Source: Macrostomum lignano
Lineage: Eukaryota
DNA length: 64,000 nucleotides
Direction: 5' to 3'
Assembly: GCA_002269645.1 (NCBI GenBank)
Contig: NIVC01000755.1
Span: 124,001 to 188,000 of the forward strand
The translations under genes and the position numbers were made by a program. The notes beneath the pieces are model-generated. The model made no database searches. It was given only the letters and a program-made list of their open reading frames with translations, and had not been told where the DNA came from. Shown here one piece after another: positions 12,339 through 23,616 of this stretch (position 1 is its first letter; every line of letters starts with the position of its first letter).

Positions 12339-13287
12339 ATAGACTAAAACTTCATGTCGTTTGTGTTAAGATTTGTCTTTAATGACTGTTAACTGCAATT
12401 CATGGCCGAATTCATTCCTGAACGATCCCTGATCGACGAAAATTTTATCCTTTTATCCGATTTTATTAATTTTATCCGAAGATCTTCTAACGTGGTAGGA
12501 GACACCGAATATCAGCGACTACATCGTGAAATGATAAAGTACGCACGTACGATATAGGCACACACGAGAGTAAAAAAGGTTAACCCAAACAGTGCACTTT
12601 TCAGGAGTAATACAGTTAGTCGTTTTATTAATTTTGCTCACTAGTGTGTTTCGCGGTGGGCAGTCAGAGTACGACCTCCGAGCTGTTCGACAGTCGGCGC
12701 GATAAAAAAGCTGCTGCGATTGGGCGGCTAACTCGCGCATCAAAGCAACCTTCCAGCATGCAATCCAGTTCTCGACAAGCGCGAGGAACGGGCAGCTTGA
12801 AATTTGCCGATAGTGATATGCAACTGTGACGAATACTAGTGAGGCGGCCTCGAGAATAAGCGAAGGCAAACGAATGCGGCAGAGGCAAATTTGTAGCGGT
12901 AGCACTTGGCCGTAATATCAGTTAAGTTGATGCTAAAGCAATCAATAGGCCGTATGAATAAAATGAGCAATAACTTGCGAGTTCAAGCTTAAACGCTGAG
13001 ACTGAGCTACTGCTCAGGTCTGAGATTTTGCTCCGAGTCGGAGTATCTGCTCAAGGTCAGTATGAATAAAGTTGGAACTCCTAGTCAGAGTTCAGTTTTT
13101 TTGGTCTCAGAGCTGTAACTCCAATATTGCGATACTTTGAACCATAGACAAAATGTTGTTTTCTAAGAGTATGCTACGAGTATATGCTTTGTGTTTTATG
13201 TAGAATCTTTCTTTCTGTTTTCCCCTTGTGGCTTCTTTATAATCGGTTAAGTCTGTGCATCAAATCACGAATCAAGCCGGCATCGTA

Positions 13288-15176
13288 ATGGCTGCAAAGG
13301 ACGAAGCAAGCGAAGATTTGTTCGTTAAAATAGTTTCTCGATTGGACTGTCTTATGGACAAAGGCAAAACACCCGGCGCTGTCGATAAAAGGAATGCTGC
13401 TCTGCGCAAGATTCAAGAGGAGCTGGAGTCTCACGGTGTTAATCTGGACGGCAAAAAAATAACGAAGAAACTCTCCAACATGAAGTCTAGGCTCAAATCT
13501 AAGACGGACCTGAAAAAGACAGGAAACAAGAAGATCGTACTGAAGAAGTGGGAGGAAGAATTGCTCCGTTTCCTTGGGAGTGAAGACAACCCTACGTTTA
13601 ACAGGGTTCCTGGTAGTCAAGTGAGTGGCGTCAAGCCTGCGTTTTCCACCGGTCGCCGCGACAGCGGTTCTCCACCGAACGGTCCTGGAGACGGAGAGGC
13701 TAGTTACAGCACCGATAGTCTACGAAGCGAGTACGTGAAAGAGATACCATCGACTGTCGCCAAAAAACCAACACGGAAGCGCTGCATCGATGAGACAATC
13801 GAAACAGTGGATCTAAGTGTGGTGATCCAGCATAGCTAGCATAGGCTGCTCCTGGGATCCCCCCTTAGTCAGTTAGTGCTTGGGCTGCAGCAGTGGGAGC
13901 TGGGCATAGGGCTGTCCTTTCCCCCTCTTCCTTGTGCAGGCTCAGGTGTGCAGCTGTCGCGGGACAGGGAGAGAAACTCTCTCCCCCTCTCCCCCTGGCG
14001 CAGTCTGCAATGGGCTAAAAATAGAAACATTAGTCAGTGGGATATTTCTTCCTTAGTACAGGCTTATTTAGTCAGCGGGAGTGAGAGCATAGCTCTCCGC
14101 CCGGGGTAGGCTCTCGTGGGGTCTTGGTGCACTCCTTGCATGCCGCAACATGCAAGCAGTGTACCAGCAGGCCATGCGGAGGCTGCATGATGAGGCAGAT
14201 GTCTTATGGACATCTCCAAGATCGCTCCTGGCACCGGGTAGTCCACGGAACTGCCATGGGATCTGCCACGGAACTGCCTCTGAGCTTCCCATTGGCCCTG
14301 AGACCCCCGAATTTTAGTATAAATACAGAGTAGGTGAGGGCCCGAAGAGAGCATCCTCGTTTAGGAGACGATCTCGTTCTCGATCCGAGACCGCCTGCTT
14401 GGCTTCGAGCAAAGGCTAGATTCCTAGATGCTTTTCCTAGACGAACTAGCTTAGGCAAATTCGCTAGACGCTTTTCCTAGGGATAACCTGCTAACAAACC
14501 TTTGTTGCAGCTGCCATTTGCTCTTAAGACTGCCGCAGGTCTTTGTGTCATCAGCTCGCAAGACCTTCGACACCGTCTGTACCAGGTCTCGCGGCCTACA
14601 ACCTACGCTGTTTGGGCAACATCAGTGATACCTAATAGGGTTTAAGGCTTGTTACTGCGACACCAGCGGAGCTACAAACGATAATTTAGGATCGGCCTGT
14701 GACCGACATTCACATTAATAAACATTATACTGACTTGTCTTGTCTTATTTATTTTCTACTTAACAGTAGGCCTACCTAGGGATAACCTGCCGAGGATATT
14801 ACCTGTAGACCTACAAGGTGGCAGCAACCCAACTACCAATACTCGGTTATTATCTAATTGCACTCAGTAGAGACTAAGAGGGGTTAATTCGGACCATAGT
14901 GCTAGACCACTCAGGCCAGCTACCGGTCGTGCTAGTTAGCGAGGACAGACAGAGAAAGTAATAGGCACAGCAGTAGTCACCAAAGAGACGGGGATCCCCA
15001 AGGCCATTACATTGGTTACATTGGTGGGATCCACAGCACAAAGGGCCAACCATAACATAAGCAACGCTGAGTTGCAACGTCTGGTGTTGTTGGAGCAGCT
15101 AAAGTTTTTCCGAACCAAGAATCGTCTCCAGATGGAGCGGCAGTGTGAACGTCACCATGATGTCGAACAGACATAG
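13288..15176 (+). pseudogene. Harbinger Myb/SANT-like DNA-binding partner gene, interrupted by solo LTR
   Basis: N-terminal MADF/SANT-like helix pattern. Removing 13818-15057 plus one TAAG restores ...ETVDLS-NAELQRLVLLEQLK...VEQT* in frame. Confidence 0.9.
13818..15057 (+). mobile_element. Solo LTR, 1240 bp
   Basis: TGT...ACA ends, 4-bp TSD TAAG (13814-13817 / 15058-15061), TATAAATA near 14317, AATAAA near 14718. Excision restores the host reading frame. Confidence 0.85.
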
Positions 15177-15213
15177 GCTAACTATGCAGGCCAGTCGAGC
15201 AGTTTAGAATTCT

Positions 15214-16134
15214 TTAGTCTTTAATTGTGGTGTCCAATGTCGTATCGCCCAGCTCCCTTGCGATGTTGTGTAGGACAACAGATGCAACGACAAAAGTGGG
15301 CACCCTGTCCAACTTGACACGAATCATGTACTTGGTTATCGGGAAGCGCCGCTTCAGTTGTCCGAAAGCGTTTTCAATGACTACCCTGGCTCTTGAGTGC
15401 ACACGGTTGGAGTGAGTCTCTTCAGGTGAAGTCGCGTCCCGGAAAGGTTTCATGAGAAACGGGGCTATGCCATAACCTTCGTCTCCTAACAGCACAACTT
15501 CAGTCTGGGTGGTGAGGTCAGCATAGATGTCGGAGTTCTTGAAGATTCGGTTATCATGAACGGAGCCCGGCCATGATGCATCTACGCTGGTGAACCGGTA
15601 ATCTGCGTCACACGTGGCCTGTACATTGATAGAGGCATAACCCTTGCGGTTGACATATTCGTTTCCGATTGCTCCAGCCGGCTTTTCGATTTGGACATGC
15701 GTACAGTCGATAGCACCAACACAGGATGGAAACTTAAATCGATCATAAAACTCCTGTTTCGCTGTCTGAATGGCATCGGCAGAGTGCATCGGCCAGCTGA
15801 TGAACGAATGCTTCTCTGCACAAATGTTTTGCACAACTTGCCACACCGTCTTGGAGACGGTTGATTGGTTAATGCCACACTCGCTTGCGATTCCCGTCTG
15901 AAATCCCGGGTTTGCTAGATAACGGAGAGCAACCTCCATTCGCGCAACTGGAGTCAGCGCACCGCCTCTTGTCTCTGTGCTGCCGTTCAGAAAGCGCGTG
16001 GCCAGATACTGCACGTTGGTGCGAGAAAATCGATAGAGTCGACCATACTCCGTGTCTCTAGTCAAGTCGGAAGATCGGCGCTCCGGATGAAACTTCCGTC
16101 GAGCGGGAGCACGTGCAGCAAAGAACTCAGCCAT
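15214..16134 (-). CDS. Harbinger DDE transposase, open ORF
   Basis: IDCTH, YVNRKGYASINVQ, WPGSVHD, LLGDEGY, RVVIENAFGQLKRRF and VLHN motifs; catalytic D-D-E present. Confidence 0.95.
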   Translation of the reverse strand: MAEFFAARAPARRKFHPERRSSDLTRDTEYGRLYRFSRTNVQYLATRFLNGSTETRGGALTPVARMEVALRYLANPGFQTGIASECGINQSTVSKTVWQVVQNICAEKHSFISWPMHSADAIQTAKQEFYDRFKFPSCVGAIDCTHVQIEKPAGAIGNEYVNRKGYASINVQATCDADYRFTSVDASWPGSVHDNRIFKNSDIYADLTTQTEVVLLGDEGYGIAPFLMKPFRDATSPEETHSNRVHSRARVVIENAFGQLKRRFPITKYMIRVKLDRVPTFVVASVVLHNIARELGDTTLDTTIKD

Positions 16135-17130
16135 ACTGCCAAAGAACTCTGTCAAAGAACATCAGCAACTAGAAAGCGCTAGTTACAGCAACCACTAGAG
16201 TATAGATGGCTGAGGCAGGCAGAGGGCTGCCTCAACATTTCGTGAGTTGCAGCTCAGAAAAGATTGTCTATGGCCCGAGTTTATTCATACAGACCGGAGA
16301 GTTTGCTCAGCCCCGGATTTTTTCGCTGACACTCGGAGCAACAACTTTCAAGTCAAATCTCATGAGCTGTTGCTCGGAAGTCACTGCTCCGTTTTTTCAT
16401 ACTGACTTGAGATTTTGTGCGAGTCTGAGCAATTGCTCATTTTATTCATACGGCCTAATGGCTCAAGACTTGGTTTATTGTCAACAGAAATACAAGTTGG
16501 ATTCGTAATAATGCACTGGCGGCTACACAACAACAAGTTAGATAGCTTAGGTAGTAGAAGTGGCGTGGCTGAGAGTGGCGAAGGCGTGGCTAAAGCCGTG
16601 GCGGAGAGAGAAGGCAAGTAACAAGTAAAGGCGGCAAGAGCCTACAGGCGGGGACGCAAAGCCAGGCGGGGCGAGGTTGGCGGCGGAGCAAAGGAGCGGA
16701 GCGGAGCCTAAAGTTTAAACCCCGAGCGCACGGCCAGACAGAACTGATAAGGAGTGGGCTGGGGGGTGGCGCGCGAGAGTAATTAATATAATTAATGCGC
16801 GGCTTTTCTATTGGCCGGCTGAGAAAAACAGGAATAGAAATTATCGATCGTGCGCTGTACGCAGGGTTTACAATTGTACGCAGCTGATTAAAATTCTTTG
16901 GGCACTACTTTAAGCAGACGTGAGAATACGAAACCAGTAATATTAAAGATTGGTACCGTATGTCAAAACGGCCCTTGGCGGGGCTACGTAAACTGACAAC
17001 GTCACAGCAACAACTCACCAAACCTCACTTTGGTCATTCCCCTATCGTGGGTCTCAAAATGGACTACTCCAATCGCAGGGCTGATATCTAAGCAAGCAGT
17101 GATGCGCAATCCTTTCTGCAAACCCTGCAC

Positions 17131-18015
17131 AGAGACGTACTGCTTGTAGACGCACACAATGCATTTTTTGTGATTCTCAGTGTGGAAAGCACGAACGACT
17201 TTGGGGTCCCTTCGTAGTCCTTGTAAGCCGCCCTGATGAGTTTTGGTCACGGAATTGTCCACATACTTCAGACACTCTTCATCGTCAACCTTCTCAAGCT
17301 TGATTTGGCGATCGAACAGCAGATCTCGTAACTCCTGGCCACCAGGCAATGCAAAGTGTTTGCCAACGAGCCAAACAAGCGTGATCACCAGCATCTTGGG
17401 TTCCTTCACTCCAAGCAAACCTTCGATCCAAAGCTTCTCTTCAATAGACTCGGGGATCACATCTGCCCTCCGCAATCCTGCACCCTTTCCAGCCTTGGTC
17501 GTGATTTTCATGGCGGCATCTAGAGCACGTTTACTGTCGGCGAACTCTTTGTCAAGCCAGAAGCTCCAATTCTTCTTGAACGTGTTTTGCGAGTGATACT
17601 GTAGCATTGAATACAGATCCTTCAGCGTCGACGCAGAGTAGCGCTCACCATCTTTGTTCCGGGCCTCCATAACAAAAAATTTCAGCAGGTAATTCAGGTC
17701 ACATTTGCTAGCATCCTCCAGCTCAGCGAGAACCATAAGTGACGGGCCTTCACCCATCGCCCAGGCACGCTTCTTCTCGTCATGCCACTCGCGGAAGACG
17801 GAAAAGGCTCACTGCGCCTTTTTCTTGGTGGTCTTCGGCACGGTCTCTTCAATGTGTCTGGCAATTTCATTCTCCGAAAGTTGCTCAAACCGGCCAGTGA
17901 GAGCGGCTTTAATAGGTCCAGCGTTATCCCCGGGCTTCAGGATGAAATCCAGTAGGTCCGGCGAAATCTCCATATCTGGGGCTTCAACAACGACAGCAGC
18001 AGAGATGTCACCCAT
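17131..18015 (-). pseudogene. Crypton tyrosine recombinase, N-terminal half (C1-N)
   Basis: Aligns to C2 from the start to CIVCVYKQYVS. Contains one in-frame stop, and the catalytic Arg is changed (FALPGG vs FGLRGG). Confidence 0.9.
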
Positions 18016-18224
18016 ATTCGGTACCAAGCTACACACAACTGAAGCTTTTCTGATATTACACAGAATATTCGGCTTTATAGAGCTTTATAGCCAATAGTCT
18101 ATGGCCGAGGCTTAGTCTCATTTCCTCCCGCTGGCTGCGGCAATTAAATATTATAATCCCCCATAAAATCCGATTACTTATTTTATTGACATTTATTGGG
18201 CTCATTCTGAGCCAGGAAAGCCTA

Positions 18225-18339
18225 GTCTATGGTTTAAAGTGCTATAATTCCAGGCACATCAAATAATTTGATGGGCTCCAAAATGGAGACCATCAAATGA
18301 TTTGATGGTCCCTAAATGAAAGCAGTTTGAACCATAGAC
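18225..18339. repeat. 115-bp segment bounded by inverted GTCTATGGTT(T/C)AAA, with three internal palindromes
   Basis: CATCAAAT-A-ATTTGATG (18257-18273), CTCCA-AAA-TGGAG (18276-18288), ACCATCAAAT-G-ATTTGATGGT (18289-18309). Confidence 0.8.
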
Positions 18340-18513
18340 TAAACAGAACTAGACAGTGTACTTGGATGCAACAAAAAAACTGTTATTATATACTGTATAA
18401 CGAAGCAACAAAAAGACAATTTTCTAGCCAAGCCATGGACAATTGGTAGGGTTATATAGGAAACATATTACGTTTTTTTTAATAATAGGCAGTGCATTAA
18501 ACGTTTCACAAAC

Positions 18514-19007
18514 TCACTTAAACTGAATTTCGATTTTAGCTCCATCAATGATGATAGATTTGACACCGTGGTCAGTAATACAAGCGCTGGAATCTCCAGA
18601 AGCGACAGGCTCACTTACATGCATGCCTGGATTAGATTCGGCTGCAGGAGACGCACCCTGTAAAACATTAGAAGCGAATCTGGCCACCTTTGCAGACGGA
18701 GCGATATAGCGTTCTATGGCAGCTGAACTGTGTCCAGTAATTTCGCGATTTCGGGCCTGGACATGCCCTCGTCACGCAGCGTTGTGGCGCAAGTCTTCCT
18801 GAGCGACTGATTGCTGTACTTCCCACTTGTTGGCTCCGGCAGACTCACCGTGACGCTGCGCACAACTGAATTGATAGTGTGGCGTCCTAGTACCTGATTC
18901 TGATACCACTTCCCAGCTTGAATAGATGCAGAATAGATGCTTCGCTCCCACACCCCCAGTCGGGGCTTTGCCGACTGGCTGCACCGCATTCGGCCCGGCT
19001 CAAGAGA
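18514..19007 (-). pseudogene. Crypton tyrosine recombinase, C-terminal half (C1-C)
   Basis: KWYQNQVLGRHT, KYSNQSLRKTCATTL, and (after a 1-bp frameshift) ITGHSSAAIERY...KIEIQFK*, matching the C2 C-terminus. Confidence 0.85.
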
Positions 19008-19069
19008 AAGCTACTAAAATAAGCAATTCGGATTTCATATAAGATCACGGTATCATTCATGATTATATA

Positions 19070-19197
19070 CTTGATTTCGTTTCTTTGGCTATGTGGTATG
19101 TGGCTTCTTTGGTATGTGGACAAATTTTTAACTCGGCTTCGCCTCGGCCTAGAAACGCAGTCCTCAGCCGTTCCTAGGCCAAAGAAACGAAATCAAG
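19070..19197. mobile_element. Short foldback element with GGCTTCGCCTCGGCC...AAACGCAGTCCTCAG core
   Basis: 20-bp IR at 19070-19089 / 19178-19197. The core is shared (inverted) with 32171-32292. Confidence 0.65.
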
Positions 19198-21870
19198 TGG
19201 GGATTATCTTATACTGATTTCCAGCAAGCACTGCCTACCGCTTAATTTGCCTGAATCGAATTTCTGCAATATTTTTATGACTGGAATTTGATCAGAATTT
19301 AACATGAAAAGGTGTAAAAAAGGCTGTTAAATAAGTATAACAACGCAAAAATAATAAAAAATTAACTTACAATTAATAAACGATGGTGCGTGCCCACGGC
19401 AAGAAACAAACTTACTGATATGAGCCAAAAGGAGGTATAAATACCGCACTAAAAAGAGGCAGAAAAGGGCCAAGATCAGTGCGTACAACTATCAGGGCTA
19501 GAGCGTGTAACAGCCCCTTTGCCTGGTTACTAAAGTCGATTTGCTCAGGTGCAACCAACGTGCAAACGTGCAAAAGCTTGACTTAAACTTTAGGTATGAA
19601 TTTGAGAAGGTGAAGATGACGTTCAATATTACTGTATGTATCAGTAAATTAGTGATTAGTGGCAGTGTTGTTGAGTGGTAAATTAGTGGTAAATTAGTGG
19701 TACTGTTGTTGAGTTGGCTCTGAATTTCATTGTCAAAGCATCAGGTTAATCTGCTTGACCCCCCCCTCCCCTCGGACAATAAAATAATGAAAAGCAGATT
19801 TTTAATCTTTAAGATGCCTCTTGTATATGGTTGGCGATTAGATCATTTACGATGGCGAGCCACCATCCGATAGTTTACCGCCTTTGAGAATCCTCTTCTC
19901 TAGAACACCCTCCCTGTTACATCCGTCTTCAGTTACCAAGTAGAAGTCCAGCTTGTCCTAACGGTGGTTCTCAAGCTTGACATCCGGCTCTCGTGTATTG
20001 CCTATTTTTTACTTCCTTTATGTTTGAGCGCACGAACGGGTTTTATCTTGAGCGCAAGGGGAGCAGGTTATAGCAGTGTATATGGCACATGTGTTGTGTT
20101 TGAAATGAAAATATTCGAATACAACTATAAACGCATATTCTACGTCGTACACTCCCACCAAAGCCCTAGATAGAAGATATGATCAAGACCCGAGATTTCT
20201 CGGGTTAGCTAAGAGACAATTGCAGATTGTTTTTATATTGCCATATTGTTTTAATGCTATCATCGCGGAAACACACTACCGCTCGCAGTTTCACTTCGTT
20301 TTCAATCATTGGATAGTCGAAAACAGATGGCGACGAATACTCATACTACGGGTTCTCAGCTTAAATCGACGGGAAACCTGTATGATGTCTTTCTACAGAC
20401 AGATCATAAGGATGACTACTAAGAAGCAAGTTGATTAAAATGAAGAAAAAATAATTCATTCGTGTAGACTATGACGGAGATCTGGGAAGTACCAGCTCTA
20501 ACAGCTATTTATTCGTCGGATTATTCGAACATTCGGTTTCGTCATCATCATTAGCCACAAGCTTCCTTGAGCTGCAGCCCCACTTTCACCTCGTGACACA
20601 CTCTTCCTACGTCGCTGAGACGCTGCTACAAGACGCTGAAATCTGCTGCACCACAATGCCCCGCCGGAGTCTGCGTTTAAGAGCATGTAGCTGGCAACAG
20701 CTTCTTGCACTCGGACGCAGAGGGTCAGATGTTCCCTCGCTAGCATTTCCACTGTTAGTGCATTCAGGGATCCTTAGTCGTCAAAACAAAATTAAAATAA
20801 ATCGTAAAACATCTCTTTAAGAACGCATTTGCATTGTGTAGATTTGTTTTAGGGGTAAGAAAAGGCTTGGCCACTGCGCGGCCTTGAGCGCCAATATATA
20901 TATTTAGAAACGATGTTTGCGTGGGGTGGAGTTGCGCCTGATAAACAAGAAGCGTGCAAGCTGATTGGCTGCAGAGCGACGGGGGCAGGCATTGTACACT
21001 TGAGGGTCAGAGAGTTAAACGGTGTACGGCCAACACATTGATTAAGGGTAAAAGAGATAATTTTTTGATGTTTTAACAGCAAAAAATCTATATAACAAAA
21101 CTTTTTTCTACACTAACAAATTAAAAAATAGACTTTGTTGTAGACAGTACATAATATACCACAAGGTCTGGCGTCATGTCAGGGTTGGAGCTAATCGTTT
21201 CAGCTCTCCTTCACGATCGGTTGATATTTGGCGTTGACATCCTCCACATTGATTGAGGGAAGGAGGGTTGTCTAGAAATTTAGAACAAAGTTTGCCTGCT
21301 ACGCTCGTATAATGGTGCAGATTTGCCTCATATTAATGTACGGTTACGCATCAATTCATCTGACAATCATGTACTAGGCGTCAAAGTACGAGCGTAATTA
21401 GGCCGTAATTTGTCGAATGAACACTAAAAATCCCAACTGATCGAAATATAACGCGTATGCGTGAGCGCACGACGGACGGATAGATGTTGATCGCTCTCTT
21501 GTCACCATAATGGTCTGTGTACGACATTATGTGATAGCTTTCTGATCGTGCCAGATTTGCAAAATGAGAGAGCCTTTAGCTTTAGGTAAAGTACAGTATT
21601 TATTTGCCTCTTCGCCATTCGCGATGGACTTAAATTTCTTAGCTTTCTGTTTCTCTTATTTTATTTATACGTGCTGGTTTCGTTTCTATTTTCCAACGGC
21701 ACTAGTTGTTCGCGCTACCGTACAGAAATAAAACCATAGACCAAAGTCCATGCGGCTATAAATATTCAGTACCGCAACGCTCAGAGTATACTTTTTGATA
21801 GGCAAGCATTCTCCCAATAGTTCAATAATCATCGCACCTATTCTTGCAGTCCACGGCCGCCCACACTGAA

Positions 21871-22072
21871 TCCTTTGTCCACCCTATGCAGCGACTTCTT
21901 GCTGCAGAATTTTTTAATAAGGCACTGCAAATTTTGCTTGCTGCATGCACAGTGGGATCCTAGCTACGTTAGTTTGCTGACGTCTCGAGGTGTTAAAGCG
22001 GTAAACTGTTCGATTAACACTCTCCACTTTGGTAAAGAGCTCAACGATCTTCAGCCGTTCAGCTTCGTTAAA
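21871..22072 (-). pseudogene. Possible Tc1/mariner-type N-terminal HTH remnant (DUF4817-like)
   Basis: FNEAERLKIVELFTKVESVNRTVYRF, then (frameshift) LIKKFCSKKSL. Weak resemblance by eye only. Confidence 0.3.
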
Positions 22073-23616
22073 TTTCCAAGCCACAGATCAGACGCAACTG
22101 TAGAATCAGACAGATTTTACGACTACAATGAGCTACTAGAGCTGCTATCTTCCTTTCTCCATATCAGCTGCTCTGCACCCGAAGCTTCAAAGTGTAAAGA
22201 TGGCATGTTGCTGCCAAGTCTTTGAATACACATCCATTTGACGAGTAACAGATGAAAATGAAACAACAGCGACAAAATTCTCGGCACAACTGGTGCAGCG
22301 GCAGTCTGAGAGTTTTCTACTGTCCCACTTTTGACCATAAACAAATCATGCATGAAAAAACCAGTGATTGCCACTGAACAGAATGCTAATTTTAGCAGAT
22401 ATTTCTGTCTCTGTTAAGTATAATCTGTTAAGACCATGGATGAATAAAACCATGGATTGCTCGCCTGCCTTAAATGTAGGGGTGCAACTAGCTACAAGAA
22501 GGCCTTTCATTACCAGTTCAGAACCGTTAGCAAAATCAATACAGAGATGTCCACTTAGTTTCAGACTTCACCAGTTCCGGATGAGTCGTAAATAGTCACA
22601 ATTTGTCGCCAATACTCATAGATTCGCCGAATAATCTAGCACCAGGGGCCGATTTCATAAAAAAGCTAGCCGTAAGCCGTAAGCTTCTGCTCGTTAAGCT
22701 GCAACTTTCAGCAGTTGTTAAAAAAAGCGTTTTATAAACGATTGCTAAAAAGCCGTTGTTGTAAAAATGCATGCATGCACCAAAGAACGCGACAGCCGTG
22801 GTTTGTAAGCCACAGCTTATTTCTAACGGCTTGCCTTAAGAGTCGTGGATTTGGCCATAGACAAATGTTTCACTGTTAAGATTCCTGGGCTGCAAACAAA
22901 GATGATTGAGGTCGCATAGCATGGAGTGCCAATAATTTGCAAAAAAGCAAAACCGGTTGGATTAAAACCCTATCGAACCCGATGGTACGCGTAGCATACC
23001 ATGGCTTACAGCTTTGCCCGCTTGCTATCATAGACAACTTTTTTTTAAACCTGCAGAAATCTTAAGACGCAAGAACACAGACTTACAAGTGACGAATGGT
23101 ACGCCATGCATGTCATGATTAGAGATGCAATTACTGCGTGGCTTTCGAAAGTTTTTTATTAAAGCTTTTAATGGTTAAGTACTATAGAAATAAACTAATT
23201 TATCGAACAATTTCTCAATAATTTCTTGCAATAAAAACTGGAACAAAGAAAGGCATATCATGTGAATCGTACAGTCTAGAAAAGTATAAAACACAAGAAA
23301 GGTTTTTTGAAGGAGGTATCGAGGAAAAAACTGATATTTGAAGTTTTTAAGCATTTGTTTCTTGTGTTTCGACCCCATACGAGCTACCTGGAACTCACAA
23401 GCACTTGTATTTTTTCAGATAACTAAATTGTCTGATGTCGTTCATTGCTAGTAAAAATTTACAACTTTTTACAAAAAATAATCCACATCTGACATTAGAA
23501 CGAGAATAATAAACAACGATACATACTCAAGTTTCTTACATTGCACAGGATAAGTTGCGCAAACTTGTGTAAGGTCTAAACGCTGGCTGAGGAGTCACAC
23601 GAACCAGGGACTGCAC

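Larger units (their letters stand above)
12947..16456. mobile_element. PIF/Harbinger element H2, complete
   Basis: Perfect 25-bp TIRs AGGCCGTATGAATAAAATGAGCAAT, 3-bp duplication AAT, convergent Myb/SANT and transposase genes. Confidence 0.95.
12825..17006 (-). mobile_element. Solo LTR (~670 bp) split by Harbinger H2
   Basis: TGTGACG...CGTCACA termini and 5-bp TSD GCAAC (12820-12824 / 17007-17011). Homologous to the 24690-25546 LTR on both sides of H2. Confidence 0.85.

Noticed and set aside
14805-14835. TGGCAGC as a primer-binding site marking an LTR/internal boundary
   Set aside because: TGT...ACA ends and the TAAG TSD enclose the whole 1240 bp, and no gag follows; treated as one solo LTR.
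19230-21700. Short ORFs in the unassigned interval
   Set aside because: No recognisable motifs, termini or splice-supported structure by eye; left unannotated.
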